Assembly (NCBI GenBank): GCA_918234285.1
Contig: CAKJXZ020000003.1
Coordinates: forward strand, 64,001 to 128,000
DNA: 64,000 bases
Origin: Pseudomonadota bacterium
GTDB taxonomy: Bacteria > Pseudomonadota > Alphaproteobacteria > RF32 > CAG-239
Direction of reading: 5' to 3'
Notes under the pieces: model-generated
What the model was told of the DNA's origin: nothing
Databases searched by the model: none
Seen by the model: only the letters and a program-made list of their open reading frames with translations
In this document: piece after piece, positions 38,624 to 48,684 of the stretch
Numbering within the stretch: the first letter of the stretch is position 1
Layout of the letters: each line of letters opens with the position of its first letter
Translations under genes and position numbers: made by a program

Positions 38624-40159
38624 TTATCCCTTTATCAGCGGTGCAAAGCGTTTCAGTTCAACCAAGCGATAACCGGTATAAGTGCCGAGCTGCATTACCA
38701 AAATCAAAATCACGATGTTCCATTCGTTAAACGCAAACATAATGTGGCGAATATACGAACTGCTGATAACAAAATAGGTCAGTATCGCCACCACGCAGGT
38801 ATTGACGATTTGTTTGGTGGCATTGCGCGCCCCCTCTTCTTCCCAAGTAATCGACGCACGCTCAATAATCCAGGCCGTGATGATTATCGGGAAAAACACC
38901 GCCGAAGCCGCAATTCGGAAATTGTATTGATAGCCCAAAATCGTCAGCATTTGCATAATCAAAATCACAAAAATCACCACCGCCGAAATTCGCGGTACCA
39001 ACAGCAGGTTAAGCCGCGTCAGCAAGGTACGGATTAACAAGCCCAAAGCGATAATCAGCGAAAAGCAAATCAACCCCGACCAAAATCCCGTACGCACCAA
39101 TGACATCGCCACCAACATCGGCGTAAATGTACCCATAGTCGGAATGCCCACCACATTACGCAACAGCACCACCAACAAAATGCCGAGTGGGAAAATCATC
39201 AGCCATTTCAAAGTATTTTGTTCCAAATTAGGCAAATTATAAATCGTATAATCAAACATTTTACTGTTTTCGTATTTGGCACGTTTTCCCGCCATTTTGA
39301 ACGATGAAACCGCCGCTTGAATTACCGAGAATTTTATTTCCGATTTACGCCCACCGACCACATCAAACAGCGATACACCGCCGCGTTGGAACACCACAAA
39401 ATTTTTCGGCAGACCGGATACGCCGGTTTCGATATTATACATCATCCATTTGCTGTTTTCATAAACCTCGAGCATTAAATCGGCCGGTGCTTCTCGCCGT
39501 TTTTCCGAAATCTTTACTCCGCGCACAATCCGTGCCGCAACATTTTTGAACGAAAGCAACTCAATGATTTTCTCGGCCATAATGCGTTGCGATTTTTTTA
39601 CCGGCAAAAAAGCATCAACTTCCGGCTCCAAAATTTCATCATTGAGCAGTTGAATGATTTTCGAGGCATCGGAACCTTCTTTTTTGCTGTCGGCAAGCGC
39701 CCAAATTTCTTCCACCATAGCCTGTTGCTGCTCGCTTGCAAACACCGGCTTTTTCACTTTCGGCTGATTATAATCGCGAATTTTACCGATAACATCTTCA
39801 TTATCATACAGCATAATGCGATAATAGATATCCTGCTTATTTTTTTTCGGGCCGGATTTCATAATCATCCGATGATTTTTTTCGTCTTTTTCCACGGTAT
39901 AGCCTTTGGCAACAACATCTTCGCTCAAAATCTTATATTCTGCGCCCAGACGCGGCGTAGACAGAGACACCTCAATCGGCTCACCGGTCGGTATAAAAGA
40001 GATATGCGCGTCAACCGTCCAAATTTCCGTACCTTCACGTGGCTTAAAACTGAATCCCCAATGGGCAATTTTATAATAAGTGGCAAAACCGGCAAATGCT
40101 ACTGCCAAAACCAAACATATTGCCAAAACACCCCGTACCGAAAAAATTTTTTTCTTCAT
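38624..40159 (-). CDS. Inactive transglutaminase fused to a 7-TM domain
   Basis: R.VVG.PT.GTF.P.L, LLLVPRISAV, FFPIII.AW.IER.SI.WEEEG, LG.YTGYRL.EL.RF. Confidence 0.88.
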   Translation of the reverse strand: MKKKIFSVRGVLAICLVLAVAFAGFATYYKIAHWGFSFKPREGTEIWTVDAHISFIPTGEPIEVSLSTPRLGAEYKILSEDVVAKGYTVEKDEKNHRMIMKSGPKKNKQDIYYRIMLYDNEDVIGKIRDYNQPKVKKPVFASEQQQAMVEEIWALADSKKEGSDASKIIQLLNDEILEPEVDAFLPVKKSQRIMAEKIIELLSFKNVAARIVRGVKISEKRREAPADLMLEVYENSKWMMYNIETGVSGLPKNFVVFQRGGVSLFDVVGGRKSEIKFSVIQAAVSSFKMAGKRAKYENSKMFDYTIYNLPNLEQNTLKWLMIFPLGILLVVLLRNVVGIPTMGTFTPMLVAMSLVRTGFWSGLICFSLIIALGLLIRTLLTRLNLLLVPRISAVVIFVILIMQMLTILGYQYNFRIAASAVFFPIIITAWIIERASITWEEEGARNATKQIVNTCVVAILTYFVISSSYIRHIMFAFNEWNIVILILVMQLGTYTGYRLVELKRFAPLIKG

Positions 40160-40181
40160 TTTCAAAGTCCTTGTAACAAAA

Positions 40182-40685
40182 TTATCCCAACATATTTCTG
40201 ACCGACACGTCAACTACGGCTCGGTCCTCCAAAATATTGCGTCCCAACAGCATCTGATACTGAAATTTACTGCGGTCAGCCAATGTAAATTCGGCTTTAA
40301 ATTTTTCACCGCCCAGTTTCACATCCATTTCCACCACCGGTCGCACTTCATCTTTCAGCGCACGCGTAATCGTCGTACTTCTGATAATCGCTTTTTTAAA
40401 AGTATGTTTTTCTTGCGTTTCACGATTGATTACCACAAAAGAAACCTGTTTTTCTTTCTCGGAAAATTTAATATCAGCCGCATCCAAAGAACAAACTTTT
40501 GCCCCTGTGTCAACGCGCGCCAAAAATGCTGATTTCAGCGGCGGTAAATAAATATATTCCAACTCGCCAAGCACCATTTTCTCAGTATTGTCGCGCATTT
40601 TTTTACCGGCCTCGGCGGATGTCGTTTTTTTGAAAAGACTTTTTAAAGTTGACAGTATATTGAATGATACTCGCGTTTCGGCCAT
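40182..40685 (-). CDS. Retropepsin-like (RimK-associated) aspartic peptidase
   Basis: ARVDTGA, RPVV, FTLADRS.F.Y..LLGR. Confidence 0.85.
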   Translation of the reverse strand: MAETRVSFNILSTLKSLFKKTTSAEAGKKMRDNTEKMVLGELEYIYLPPLKSAFLARVDTGAKVCSLDAADIKFSEKEKQVSFVVINRETQEKHTFKKAIIRSTTITRALKDEVRPVVEMDVKLGGEKFKAEFTLADRSKFQYQMLLGRNILEDRAVVDVSVRNMLG

Positions 40686-40695
40686 GGCTTTTCTT

Positions 40696-41232
40696 TTATT
40701 TCAGAGTATTTGAAACAGAAACGTCGACAATGGCACGTCCGCTCAAAATATTGCGTCCGATCAATCCCTGATATTCAAAATCGTGCCGTTCGTTAAGCGT
40801 AAACTCGGCCGAAAACGTTTCCTTTCCCATTCTGACATCCATATTTACCGTAACGCGATGTTCTTCTTCGCCGGTACGTTTAATTTTAACCCGACGCGAC
40901 AGCGGTTTTTCAAAATCGGCCTTTTCTTTGGTTTCGCGGTTCACGAGAGTAAACGAAACCCATCTTTGCCCGTCACGTTCAAAGCGTTTTATATTATCCG
41001 CATCAATCGATGAGGTAGTGGCACCGGTATCAACACGCGCCATAAACGGTGACTTCATCGGCAAAAAATAAATACGTTCAACCGCGCCTATTACATTATT
41101 CGGCAGAACTTTCACCACCTTCTCCGGTTGCGCCGTAGTCGGCACAATCCCCGGAACCACCGCTTCTTCTTTTTTCGCGGCGCATGCCGTCAGCAACATC
41201 AAACAACATAAACCACTTAAAATTATTCGCAT
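40696..41232 (-). CDS. Retropepsin-like aspartic peptidase, lipoprotein
   Basis: Lipobox LTAC, ARVDTGATTSS, FERDG.RWV.F, LIGRN. Confidence 0.85.
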   Translation of the reverse strand: MRIILSGLCCLMLLTACAAKKEEAVVPGIVPTTAQPEKVVKVLPNNVIGAVERIYFLPMKSPFMARVDTGATTSSIDADNIKRFERDGQRWVSFTLVNRETKEKADFEKPLSRRVKIKRTGEEEHRVTVNMDVRMGKETFSAEFTLNERHDFEYQGLIGRNILSGRAIVDVSVSNTLK

Positions 41233-41371
41233 TTTTACCTCGATATTCTTTGATTTTTTATGATAATCATCCTTTTTTCGCCCAATGTAAAACAAAAAAA
41301 TCAAAAAATACCGACTTATACACATAAGTCGGTTGATAAGATAAAGGGTTTTTCAGAATGCGCAAATAAAG

Positions 41372-41543
41372 AAAAGTGTTGTTAAAACAACTGAACGTCA
41401 TTCTAAGGCATAGCCGAAGAATCCAATCGTTTTGCAAGAAACGATGTGATGTGTCGCATCACTGGATACTTTCACTTCACTGACGTCCTGTATCAGTATG
41501 ATGATAAAACAATGTGTTATACAACACAAAAAACAACACTTTT
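41372..41543. mobile_element. MITE/REP-like element, copy 2
   Basis: AAAAGTGTTGTT...AACAACACTTTT with the same internal motifs as 36707-36879. Confidence 0.7.
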
Positions 41544-41556
41544 TTACTTAAGCCTT

Positions 41557-42699
41557 TCAGAAAAACAAACTTAACCTGAGTGATGTAACCGTAGCGTAAT
41601 CCGATTTGGTATTAAGCGTAGGATGAATATAAAATTGAATATCCGGTGTTATCGTCGCCCATTTTGATATACCCCATGCCCAATAAGCTTCCAAAACGTG
41701 CTCACCACTTTCTTCAAGCGGAGCTCCCACCGCCGTCGCGTCAATGTCATTATATGCATACGCCGCACCTATTTGATCAAGTGCATTACGATTAAGCGGA
41801 TTATTATAAACCATTCCTCCCACATACGAATTTTTAATGGTGGCGACATTACCGCTCACTCCGTTTATGCGCCCGAACAACGCCCATTTTTCGCCGATGT
41901 TTTGTTGCATATTCAAAGACCAACCGGTGGTAGACTGCGGTTGCTCACGCACATATGGCTGATTATAAATCATTATAGAATATTGCCCGTCACCCCAACC
42001 GTTGATATGCGGATTATAGCCGATTTGCCCGAAGGTAGTATAATGTCCGTCGTGCAGACGATTAAAGCGCACACTTACCGCCGAAACATTGCTGGCATCC
42101 TGGGCACCGGCAACAAACAACCAATTTCCGTACGTTGCCTGCATATAAGCACCGACACCGGCGTCGGTATAAGTGGCACTGCCGTTTTGCGCCAGCGAAT
42201 AATTAATGAAATTAACTTGCGGATTATTGTCATAATCGGTACCGTCAAAAGCGTACAAAGTATATTGTCCCAACCCCAAAGTCAGCCAATTATATTGCCG
42301 CGGCAACTGATATGTATAATACAGCGTTGAAAATTCCTGCTCCTCGTCATCGGCATCGTTAATCGGAGTTGCCACACCGATACGATTTTCGATATCATTG
42401 GCATCATGGCGACCGTAGAATACGCTGGTATAAGATGCATTCAAAATACCGGTACCGTAATTATTATCAAAAGTAGTCCAAGCAATACTCGGAGCCAAAT
42501 ACGATTGCACCGCATTATAATGCCCGCTCGGAGCACCGCGTTGCGGCATAAGCGAATAATTGAGATTATATTGCAAGCCGTATTCTTTTTGCAGATAATT
42601 TTTGAAGGCGGTATAATCGGCACTCAAACCCCCGGCCTCGGCAACCGACATTACTCCGAGAGCTCCGCACAACGTCCCGATAAACAAACTTTTTGACAT
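41557..42699 (-). CDS. OprB-like carbohydrate porin
   Basis: Signal peptide, beta-barrel pattern, DQIG.AY, EAYW...ITPDIQ...P, terminal Phe. Confidence 0.75.
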   Translation of the reverse strand: MSKSLFIGTLCGALGVMSVAEAGGLSADYTAFKNYLQKEYGLQYNLNYSLMPQRGAPSGHYNAVQSYLAPSIAWTTFDNNYGTGILNASYTSVFYGRHDANDIENRIGVATPINDADDEEQEFSTLYYTYQLPRQYNWLTLGLGQYTLYAFDGTDYDNNPQVNFINYSLAQNGSATYTDAGVGAYMQATYGNWLFVAGAQDASNVSAVSVRFNRLHDGHYTTFGQIGYNPHINGWGDGQYSIMIYNQPYVREQPQSTTGWSLNMQQNIGEKWALFGRINGVSGNVATIKNSYVGGMVYNNPLNRNALDQIGAAYAYNDIDATAVGAPLEESGEHVLEAYWAWGISKWATITPDIQFYIHPTLNTKSDYATVTSLRLSLFF

Positions 42700-42787
42700 T
42701 TTATATCTCCTTAATGCTATAAACACTCGGGAGATATATGCCTTATTTTGATAAAAAAAAGAGGCCGCAGCCTCTTAATTTGAAATT

Positions 42788-43210
42788 TTATTTTCGCAAC
42801 GCCTTGACATAGGCCTGCATGGAATGTTCATCGCAATAAGTTTGTCCGCTCCGCACTTTTTTACCGCAAAAGCAGAAATCATCATCACGCGGATCGCCAA
42901 TCGGCCATCTGCAAGTATGACTATCCAAATCTACCAACTTTATATTGGTCAGTTCTTCGTTTTTGCGCGGTTCAACAACTTCTTCCACCGATTTTTCTTC
43001 TATTTTTTCGATTAAATCAGGTTGCAGAGGCAATTCATCGGCTGCGTCTTTGCTCTTAATCGGTGAAGGTCTGGCCGTCAAGCACAAACGATGTACCTTG
43101 CCGACAATGGCATTTTTGGTAACACCCAATTTCTTGGCAATTTCATTTGCCGTCAAACCCTGCGCCCACAACTGACGCAATTTTTCCACGCTTTCGTCTG
43201 TCCATCCCAT
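42788..43210 (-). CDS. gcrA: Cell-cycle regulator GcrA
   Basis: WTDE.VE.L..LW..G..A..IA..LGVTKNAIVGKVHRL; CRWPIGDP...F.FCG...YC..H. Confidence 0.93.
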   Translation of the reverse strand: MGWTDESVEKLRQLWAQGLTANEIAKKLGVTKNAIVGKVHRLCLTARPSPIKSKDAADELPLQPDLIEKIEEKSVEEVVEPRKNEELTNIKLVDLDSHTCRWPIGDPRDDDFCFCGKKVRSGQTYCDEHSMQAYVKALRK

Positions 43211-43335
43211 AATAAAAACTCCCCAAAATATTTAACGTTGTTATAGCTGATTATTTTGCCGCTGTCCAGACTAAATTTTATTCTTTATTAATTTTTTTTA
43301 AATATAATTGCATCGACTGTTTTGAGGAGTGCAAA

Positions 43336-44580
43336 ATGAAAATATTTTACTTTATTCTGGCGTTGCTCATTTGCGCACCGGCGTACGCGCAATACAAAGA
43401 ATACAATCATTTGTACGAATATAATTTGGATGAAGAAATTCCGCCGCTGTATCGTTTGGAACGGGAATATAAAAAATCTCATTCCAAATACCGTTGGAAT
43501 TACGACTTCCGCTGGAATATGTCCAGTCTTTTCAATTCGGAATTCAAACAAAATATTACCTCTTTCGGCACCAACGAAAAACGCCTATCCAATGCCGATG
43601 AAGATGCCATTTTGCGCCAACTCAAAAAAATACCGAAACCGTTTTATCAATATATCGGACCACTTATTCATACCATGCGCGGTCTTTCCGGCAAGGTACT
43701 CGATTTACCGGGGATTAAGGAAACAAAGCATCAGTTTCCGACACACATCGCTTCGCGTTTCAAAGACGTTCCGTATATTGAGCTGACCTCGCCGCATTTA
43801 TATATGTATCTCAATCCGGTTTTGTGGGGAGAAGACATGGCTTCGATTGAAACGCCGCAAATAGCCAAACAACCGCGCAAAAAACGTCCGCGCGTACGCA
43901 TTAATCCTGAATTTATGCAAAAAATCAAGGCCAAAGTGCAGGCCGTTAATTATACTCGCAGAGGCCGCGCCAAAACTGCCGAGCTTGATTTAAGGCATTT
44001 CAATCCCGATCGTAACACCCCTCTGTCTAAGGCCGATGTGCGCGCTTTTGCTCGCACTCTTGACGGATTGGATAACTTCCGCAAAGAAGGTCAACACGAA
44101 AGAACTTTAATTATGGTCGAAAGTCTAATGAATTATTGGGATGTCAAAAACGGAATCCCGGAAGAAAGTTTGTTGTTCCGACAAATAGTGAATCCTTGCC
44201 AGAATTTTGTGCGTAAAATTCAATGGAGCGGCCTGCAAAGCGAATTCCAAACCGTTATCGGTCAACAAGGGTTTGGCCTGAAAGATTGGGCTTATACCTG
44301 TGATAAGGTTGTTAAAGCATGGCGCGTACACAACGCCCCGTCTGGTATGATTTGGGCAGCAAAACAACAAAAAAAGGGTGCGGTTTATCCGCTGTTTGAG
44401 CCGTTTTTGGTCACACAGCAGGAAAAAACACAAATGCATTATATTTTAGATTCTTTGGCACGAATGTATACCACCAGAGCAGAAGATATAGATGCCGTAA
44501 AGCCTTATAACACCAACCTGAAATACCAGTTTATAAAAATGGGTCGACAACTCGCCGGCACCCCGATTATCCGCCAATAG
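43336..44580 (+). CDS. Secreted hypothetical protein
   Basis: GAGGAG RBS, signal peptide ending AYA, 414-aa ORF. Confidence 0.7.
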   Translation: MKIFYFILALLICAPAYAQYKEYNHLYEYNLDEEIPPLYRLEREYKKSHSKYRWNYDFRWNMSSLFNSEFKQNITSFGTNEKRLSNADEDAILRQLKKIPKPFYQYIGPLIHTMRGLSGKVLDLPGIKETKHQFPTHIASRFKDVPYIELTSPHLYMYLNPVLWGEDMASIETPQIAKQPRKKRPRVRINPEFMQKIKAKVQAVNYTRRGRAKTAELDLRHFNPDRNTPLSKADVRAFARTLDGLDNFRKEGQHERTLIMVESLMNYWDVKNGIPEESLLFRQIVNPCQNFVRKIQWSGLQSEFQTVIGQQGFGLKDWAYTCDKVVKAWRVHNAPSGMIWAAKQQKKGAVYPLFEPFLVTQQEKTQMHYILDSLARMYTTRAEDIDAVKPYNTNLKYQFIKMGRQLAGTPIIRQ

Positions 44581-44596
44581 AAAAAGCATAAAATAA

Positions 44597-44833
44597 TAGC
44601 AGCTAAAAATCCGGAGAATGCGGTACGTGGCACGATACACAATCAATATTGCAGCTAAAAATCCGGAGAATGAGCCAGATACGAAGAAGGATTTTTTCGC
44701 CGTGTACAATAAATTATACGGCAAATAAAAACTCGAAGAATTAGGTTAATACGAAGGGGATTTTTTTCGACGTGTACACAAACAGTACACGAGAAAAAAA
44801 TCCCCAAGTAGTAACCAATTATACGAGTTTTTA
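44597..44833. repeat. RPE-like palindromic element (full copy 44726-44833) plus half-copies, 3' of fabG
   Basis: TAAAAACTCG...CGAGTTTTTA includes the fabG stop codon; two GCAGCTAAAAATCCGGAGAATG half-copies upstream. Confidence 0.85.
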
Positions 44834-45568
44834 AATCATGGCCATACCGCCGTTAACATGAATAGTCTGTCCCGTAATGTATTGTGCTTCATCGGATGCG
44901 AGGAAGGCTACGACGTTGGCGATGTCTTGAGCTTCGCCGAGTTTACCTTCCGGAATTTTCGCCAGCAGAGCAGCTTTAACATCATCGGTCAGAACATCGG
45001 TCATCGGAGTACGGATGAAACCAGGAGCGATGGAGTTAACGGTAACACCGCGTGAGCCAACTTCTTGCGCCAGACATTTATTCATGGCAATCATACCGGC
45101 CTTTGAGGCAGAATAGTTGGCCTGACCGGCATTACCCATCACACCCACGACAGAAGCCATACCGATGATGCGGCCATAACGACGCTTCATCATACCGCGA
45201 ACCACGGCACGCGCCAGTTTGAACCCGGCAGAAAGGTTAACATCCATAACGAGTTGCCATTCTTCGTCGCTCATACGAATAAAGAGGTTATCGCGAGTTA
45301 AACCGGCATTGTTGACCAGAATATCGATTTTGCCGAATTTCTCTTCCACATCGTTCACCAAAGTTTTAATTGCTTCGGTATCGCCCAAATTGGCAACAAA
45401 ATATTCGACATGATCACCGAGTTCGGCCTTCAGAGCCTTTAAACCTTCTTCGTTTCTGTCGGTCAAGGCCAAATAAGCTCCCTGTTCATATAAAGTATGT
45501 GCGATTTTGCGACCGATACCGCCGGCGGCACCGGTAATCAAAGCAACTTTTTCATCTAATCTAAACAT
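44831..45568 (-). CDS. fabG: 3-oxoacyl-ACP reductase FabG
   Basis: TGAAGGIG, NNAGLTRD, NYSASK, PGFI.T.MT, HVNGGM. Confidence 0.96.
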   Translation of the reverse strand: MFRLDEKVALITGAAGGIGRKIAHTLYEQGAYLALTDRNEEGLKALKAELGDHVEYFVANLGDTEAIKTLVNDVEEKFGKIDILVNNAGLTRDNLFIRMSDEEWQLVMDVNLSAGFKLARAVVRGMMKRRYGRIIGMASVVGVMGNAGQANYSASKAGMIAMNKCLAQEVGSRGVTVNSIAPGFIRTPMTDVLTDDVKAALLAKIPEGKLGEAQDIANVVAFLASDEAQYITGQTIHVNGGMAMI

Positions 45569-45594
45569 ATTATTTTCCTTTCATGTTTAAGGTG

Positions 45595-46539
45595 TTATAA
45601 ATTGTTTGCCAATTCCTCTATTTCGGCGATGGAACCTACCGAAACCGCATTCATTTCCTTATTACTGCGTTTGGCAATTCCGGAGAGGACTTTTCCTGCT
45701 CCCAGTTCTATTAAATCAGTAACGCCGTTTTCTTTAAAAAACAGCATGGTTTCCCGCCATCTGACGGTGCCGGTAACCTGTTCTATCAAGTGTTTGATAA
45801 TTTCTTTATGATCGGTAATCGGCTCGGCCAACACATTTGCCACCAACGGAATCTGGGCATTTTGCGCCGCTACTTCCATAAAAGCACGCGCCATAACATC
45901 GGCGGCCGGTGCCATAAACGGGCTGTGGAACGGCGCACTCACCGCCAGTTTCACACATTTGCGCGCACCAAATTCCGCCGCAATTTCCACTGCGCGATCA
46001 ATCGCGGCCATTGAGCCGGATAAAACTACCTGTCCGTCAGAATTATCATTGGCGGCCACACAAACATCCTTGCCGTTTGAACAAGCCTCGACCAAAGCGC
46101 CCACATCTTGGAACGAAAGTCCCAAAACCGCAGCCATACCGCCCACACCGAACGGCACTGCGCTTTGCATAGCTTCGCCGCGCAGACGCAACAATTTAGC
46201 CGTATCGCTCAAACTAAACACACCGGCGGCACAAGCGGCAGAATATTCTCCGAGCGAATGTCCGGCAACATAAGCGGCCTTATCTTTTAAGACAATACCG
46301 AAATCTTTTTCCAAAACCCGCACCACCGCAAGCGAAAACGCCATCAGTGCCGGTTGCGTGTTGGCCGTCATGGTCAACTCGGCATCCGGACCTTCGGTCA
46401 TAATCTTAAACAAATCTTGCGAAAGCGCATCATTAACTTCATTAAACACATCACGAGCCGAAGCAAAATTTTCGGCCAATTCTTTTCCCATTCCCACAAA
46501 TTGGGAGCCTTGTCCCGGAAATACAAAAGCGTACTTCAT
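45595..46539 (-). CDS. fabD: Malonyl-CoA:ACP transacylase FabD
   Basis: FPGQGSQ, TQPAL, GHSLGEY, VSAPFHS. Confidence 0.96.
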   Translation of the reverse strand: MKYAFVFPGQGSQFVGMGKELAENFASARDVFNEVNDALSQDLFKIMTEGPDAELTMTANTQPALMAFSLAVVRVLEKDFGIVLKDKAAYVAGHSLGEYSAACAAGVFSLSDTAKLLRLRGEAMQSAVPFGVGGMAAVLGLSFQDVGALVEACSNGKDVCVAANDNSDGQVVLSGSMAAIDRAVEIAAEFGARKCVKLAVSAPFHSPFMAPAADVMARAFMEVAAQNAQIPLVANVLAEPITDHKEIIKHLIEQVTGTVRWRETMLFFKENGVTDLIELGAGKVLSGIAKRSNKEMNAVSVGSIAEIEELANNL

Positions 46540-46677
46540 TAAATTCCTTTCAATAAATATCTAGTGAATGTATATAACCGGTATTTTAAATGTCAAGCAA
46601 AACGCCTTTGATTTTAACAAAATACAAAAAAACCGGTGCAATATTTACACCGGTAATCTGGTATTGCCATAATCAGC

Positions 46678-47856
46678 TTAATCGCGTGTGCGAGATTTAT
46701 CTTGCGGAACCTTATTATCCTTGCCGGTCCATTGAGCGATAGCATCGTCAATCGCTTCTTTCCACTGTGATCTCGGATTGTTTTTAACCATTTCGGCTTT
46801 TTTGACGGCATAATCCAATAACTTGGCATTGTTCGGATTTTTTTCCAAAAGCTTAGAGAAAACTTCTTTGACGGTGTAACCGTTATTCCAATCTGCGGCC
46901 ATATCGGCGCTGAAAGGATCGCGCAAAATTTGCATGGCGATTTCTTCATTATTCGGATTAGCCTCCAATATGGCGGAATATACGTCAACCTTAGCGCTGT
47001 TCCAAGCCCCGTAAGTCATTTGAATCAGGCGATCACAAACATCTTTTTTCTTCAAATCACAAGTGAGAGCCAACAGCTTACTACGGTAAGTATTGGTTGT
47101 GCTTTCATCTTCGAAGCTGGTATTTTCCGCATCCCTGCGAATTTTATCGAGAACTTCCGGCATATCTTGATTGGCTCGGGCAATACTGGTAAGAATGCCA
47201 TGATGTCCTATCCACCATCTGACTTTGTTGGCTTGAGCAAACGCCATATCTATAACCTGTTGGTTGCCCGGATTGGCCTCGGTAATGACACTGGTCCACG
47301 TTGTGCGCACCGAATCCGATATATAATCAAAATTATGCATAATTTGGCAGGCACGGCTGGCAACCGCTTTATCATTTTTGCAATGCTTGATAATATCAAG
47401 TATGGCATCGTGGCCATCGGTAATATCTAAGTATTGCCAAGCTTTGGATTCTTTCTTATTCATTCCGTCCATGTTCGGAAATTCGCGACTATTGGCAGTC
47501 ATGGCCACCATCATATCCATCATTGCATCCTTATCATCGGGATTGTGAATCAATAAAACAGCCGCACGCAAACCGCGGTCACCTAAGCTGTTGGCGGCAT
47601 TTACGCAAATATCGATGATACCCTTATCTTCCGGACAGGCTTTGGCAATCCCCGGTATAACATTTAACATGATACAACCGTCACCTTCTTGATTTGAGCG
47701 TGCGATACCGGCCCGCAACAAATCACGCGCGTAGATACGTTTCTTTTCCTGCGGTGCTTCCTTTATGATATTCATCACAACTTTTTCGGCATTAACGTAG
47801 ATATCCGGACTTCTTCTGCTTAATGCTTCTTCAAATTTATCTGCGGCTGCTCCCAT
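46678..47856 (-). CDS. Hypothetical alpha-helical repeat-like protein
   Basis: 392-aa ORF, GGAG RBS, recurring I..ANP.N..(V/I) motifs. Confidence 0.7.
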   Translation of the reverse strand: MGAAADKFEEALSRRSPDIYVNAEKVVMNIIKEAPQEKKRIYARDLLRAGIARSNQEGDGCIMLNVIPGIAKACPEDKGIIDICVNAANSLGDRGLRAAVLLIHNPDDKDAMMDMMVAMTANSREFPNMDGMNKKESKAWQYLDITDGHDAILDIIKHCKNDKAVASRACQIMHNFDYISDSVRTTWTSVITEANPGNQQVIDMAFAQANKVRWWIGHHGILTSIARANQDMPEVLDKIRRDAENTSFEDESTTNTYRSKLLALTCDLKKKDVCDRLIQMTYGAWNSAKVDVYSAILEANPNNEEIAMQILRDPFSADMAADWNNGYTVKEVFSKLLEKNPNNAKLLDYAVKKAEMVKNNPRSQWKEAIDDAIAQWTGKDNKVPQDKSRTRD

Positions 47857-47897
47857 TTTTGTTCTCCGATATAATTATGCGATTGAGTTCCTACGAA

Positions 47898-48533
47898 TTA
47901 TTCTTTACCGGCGTCGGTCTTCTTTTTCAAATTTTTTACCACAAAATCAAGTGTGGTCGGTTTGCGGCCGACCCTGCTCTTGCGATATTCGCCGATTTCC
48001 TTTTGTGTGGTTTTTTCAGCTTTTTTTCTGGCGCGAAGCTCGTCTATCTTATGTTGCTTCCATGCCTTATCTATGTCTTCTTCCTTATCTTCACGCAAAG
48101 ACTGTTCAGCGGTCCTTTCATCATAGTGATATTGCGCATTTTTTTCTAAATATTCTCTTGTTTGGTCAATAAATCTTTTTAATTGAGGGTATTTTTCTTC
48201 CAAACCGAAAAGACCGAATTCGCTTTCTACTGTATTTTGTAATTTGGTGTCTGAGCCATATAAATTACAAAACTTTTCACCTTCGGTACAAAGAACTTGG
48301 ACTGTTTCAAAAGATTGTTCAATAATGCTGTAGTTGTTCGCATTATTACCCACAATTTGTTCAATCCAAAATATTTCATGAAATTTTTGGTTTCCGCTGG
48401 TAACTGCGGCCTTATCGCGTAGGACTTCCAAGGTACGCAGAATTTTTTCGGTGTCTTTACTTTCCGACAGTTTTTCCAATTCTTTATTTAATATTCCGTC
48501 TTCGTCTATAATGAATTTATTGCGTACGGTCAT
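47898..48533 (-). CDS. Hypothetical protein
   Basis: 211-aa ORF, AAGGAG RBS, charged helical C-terminus. Confidence 0.7.
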   Translation of the reverse strand: MTVRNKFIIDEDGILNKELEKLSESKDTEKILRTLEVLRDKAAVTSGNQKFHEIFWIEQIVGNNANNYSIIEQSFETVQVLCTEGEKFCNLYGSDTKLQNTVESEFGLFGLEEKYPQLKRFIDQTREYLEKNAQYHYDERTAEQSLREDKEEDIDKAWKQHKIDELRARKKAEKTTQKEIGEYRKSRVGRKPTTLDFVVKNLKKKTDAGKE

Positions 48534-48684
48534 TTTGTACTCCTTGTTATAGTCGCTTATTGCCTTATTCTATGTCATCCGGTGTTTTTTGTCAAGTTAT
48601 TTTTACACGGAAATACTCGGGCAAAACGGAAACTCTCGGTGTTTTGCGAGTCCGCCAATAGCAGATATAAAACAAAGCCGTAAA

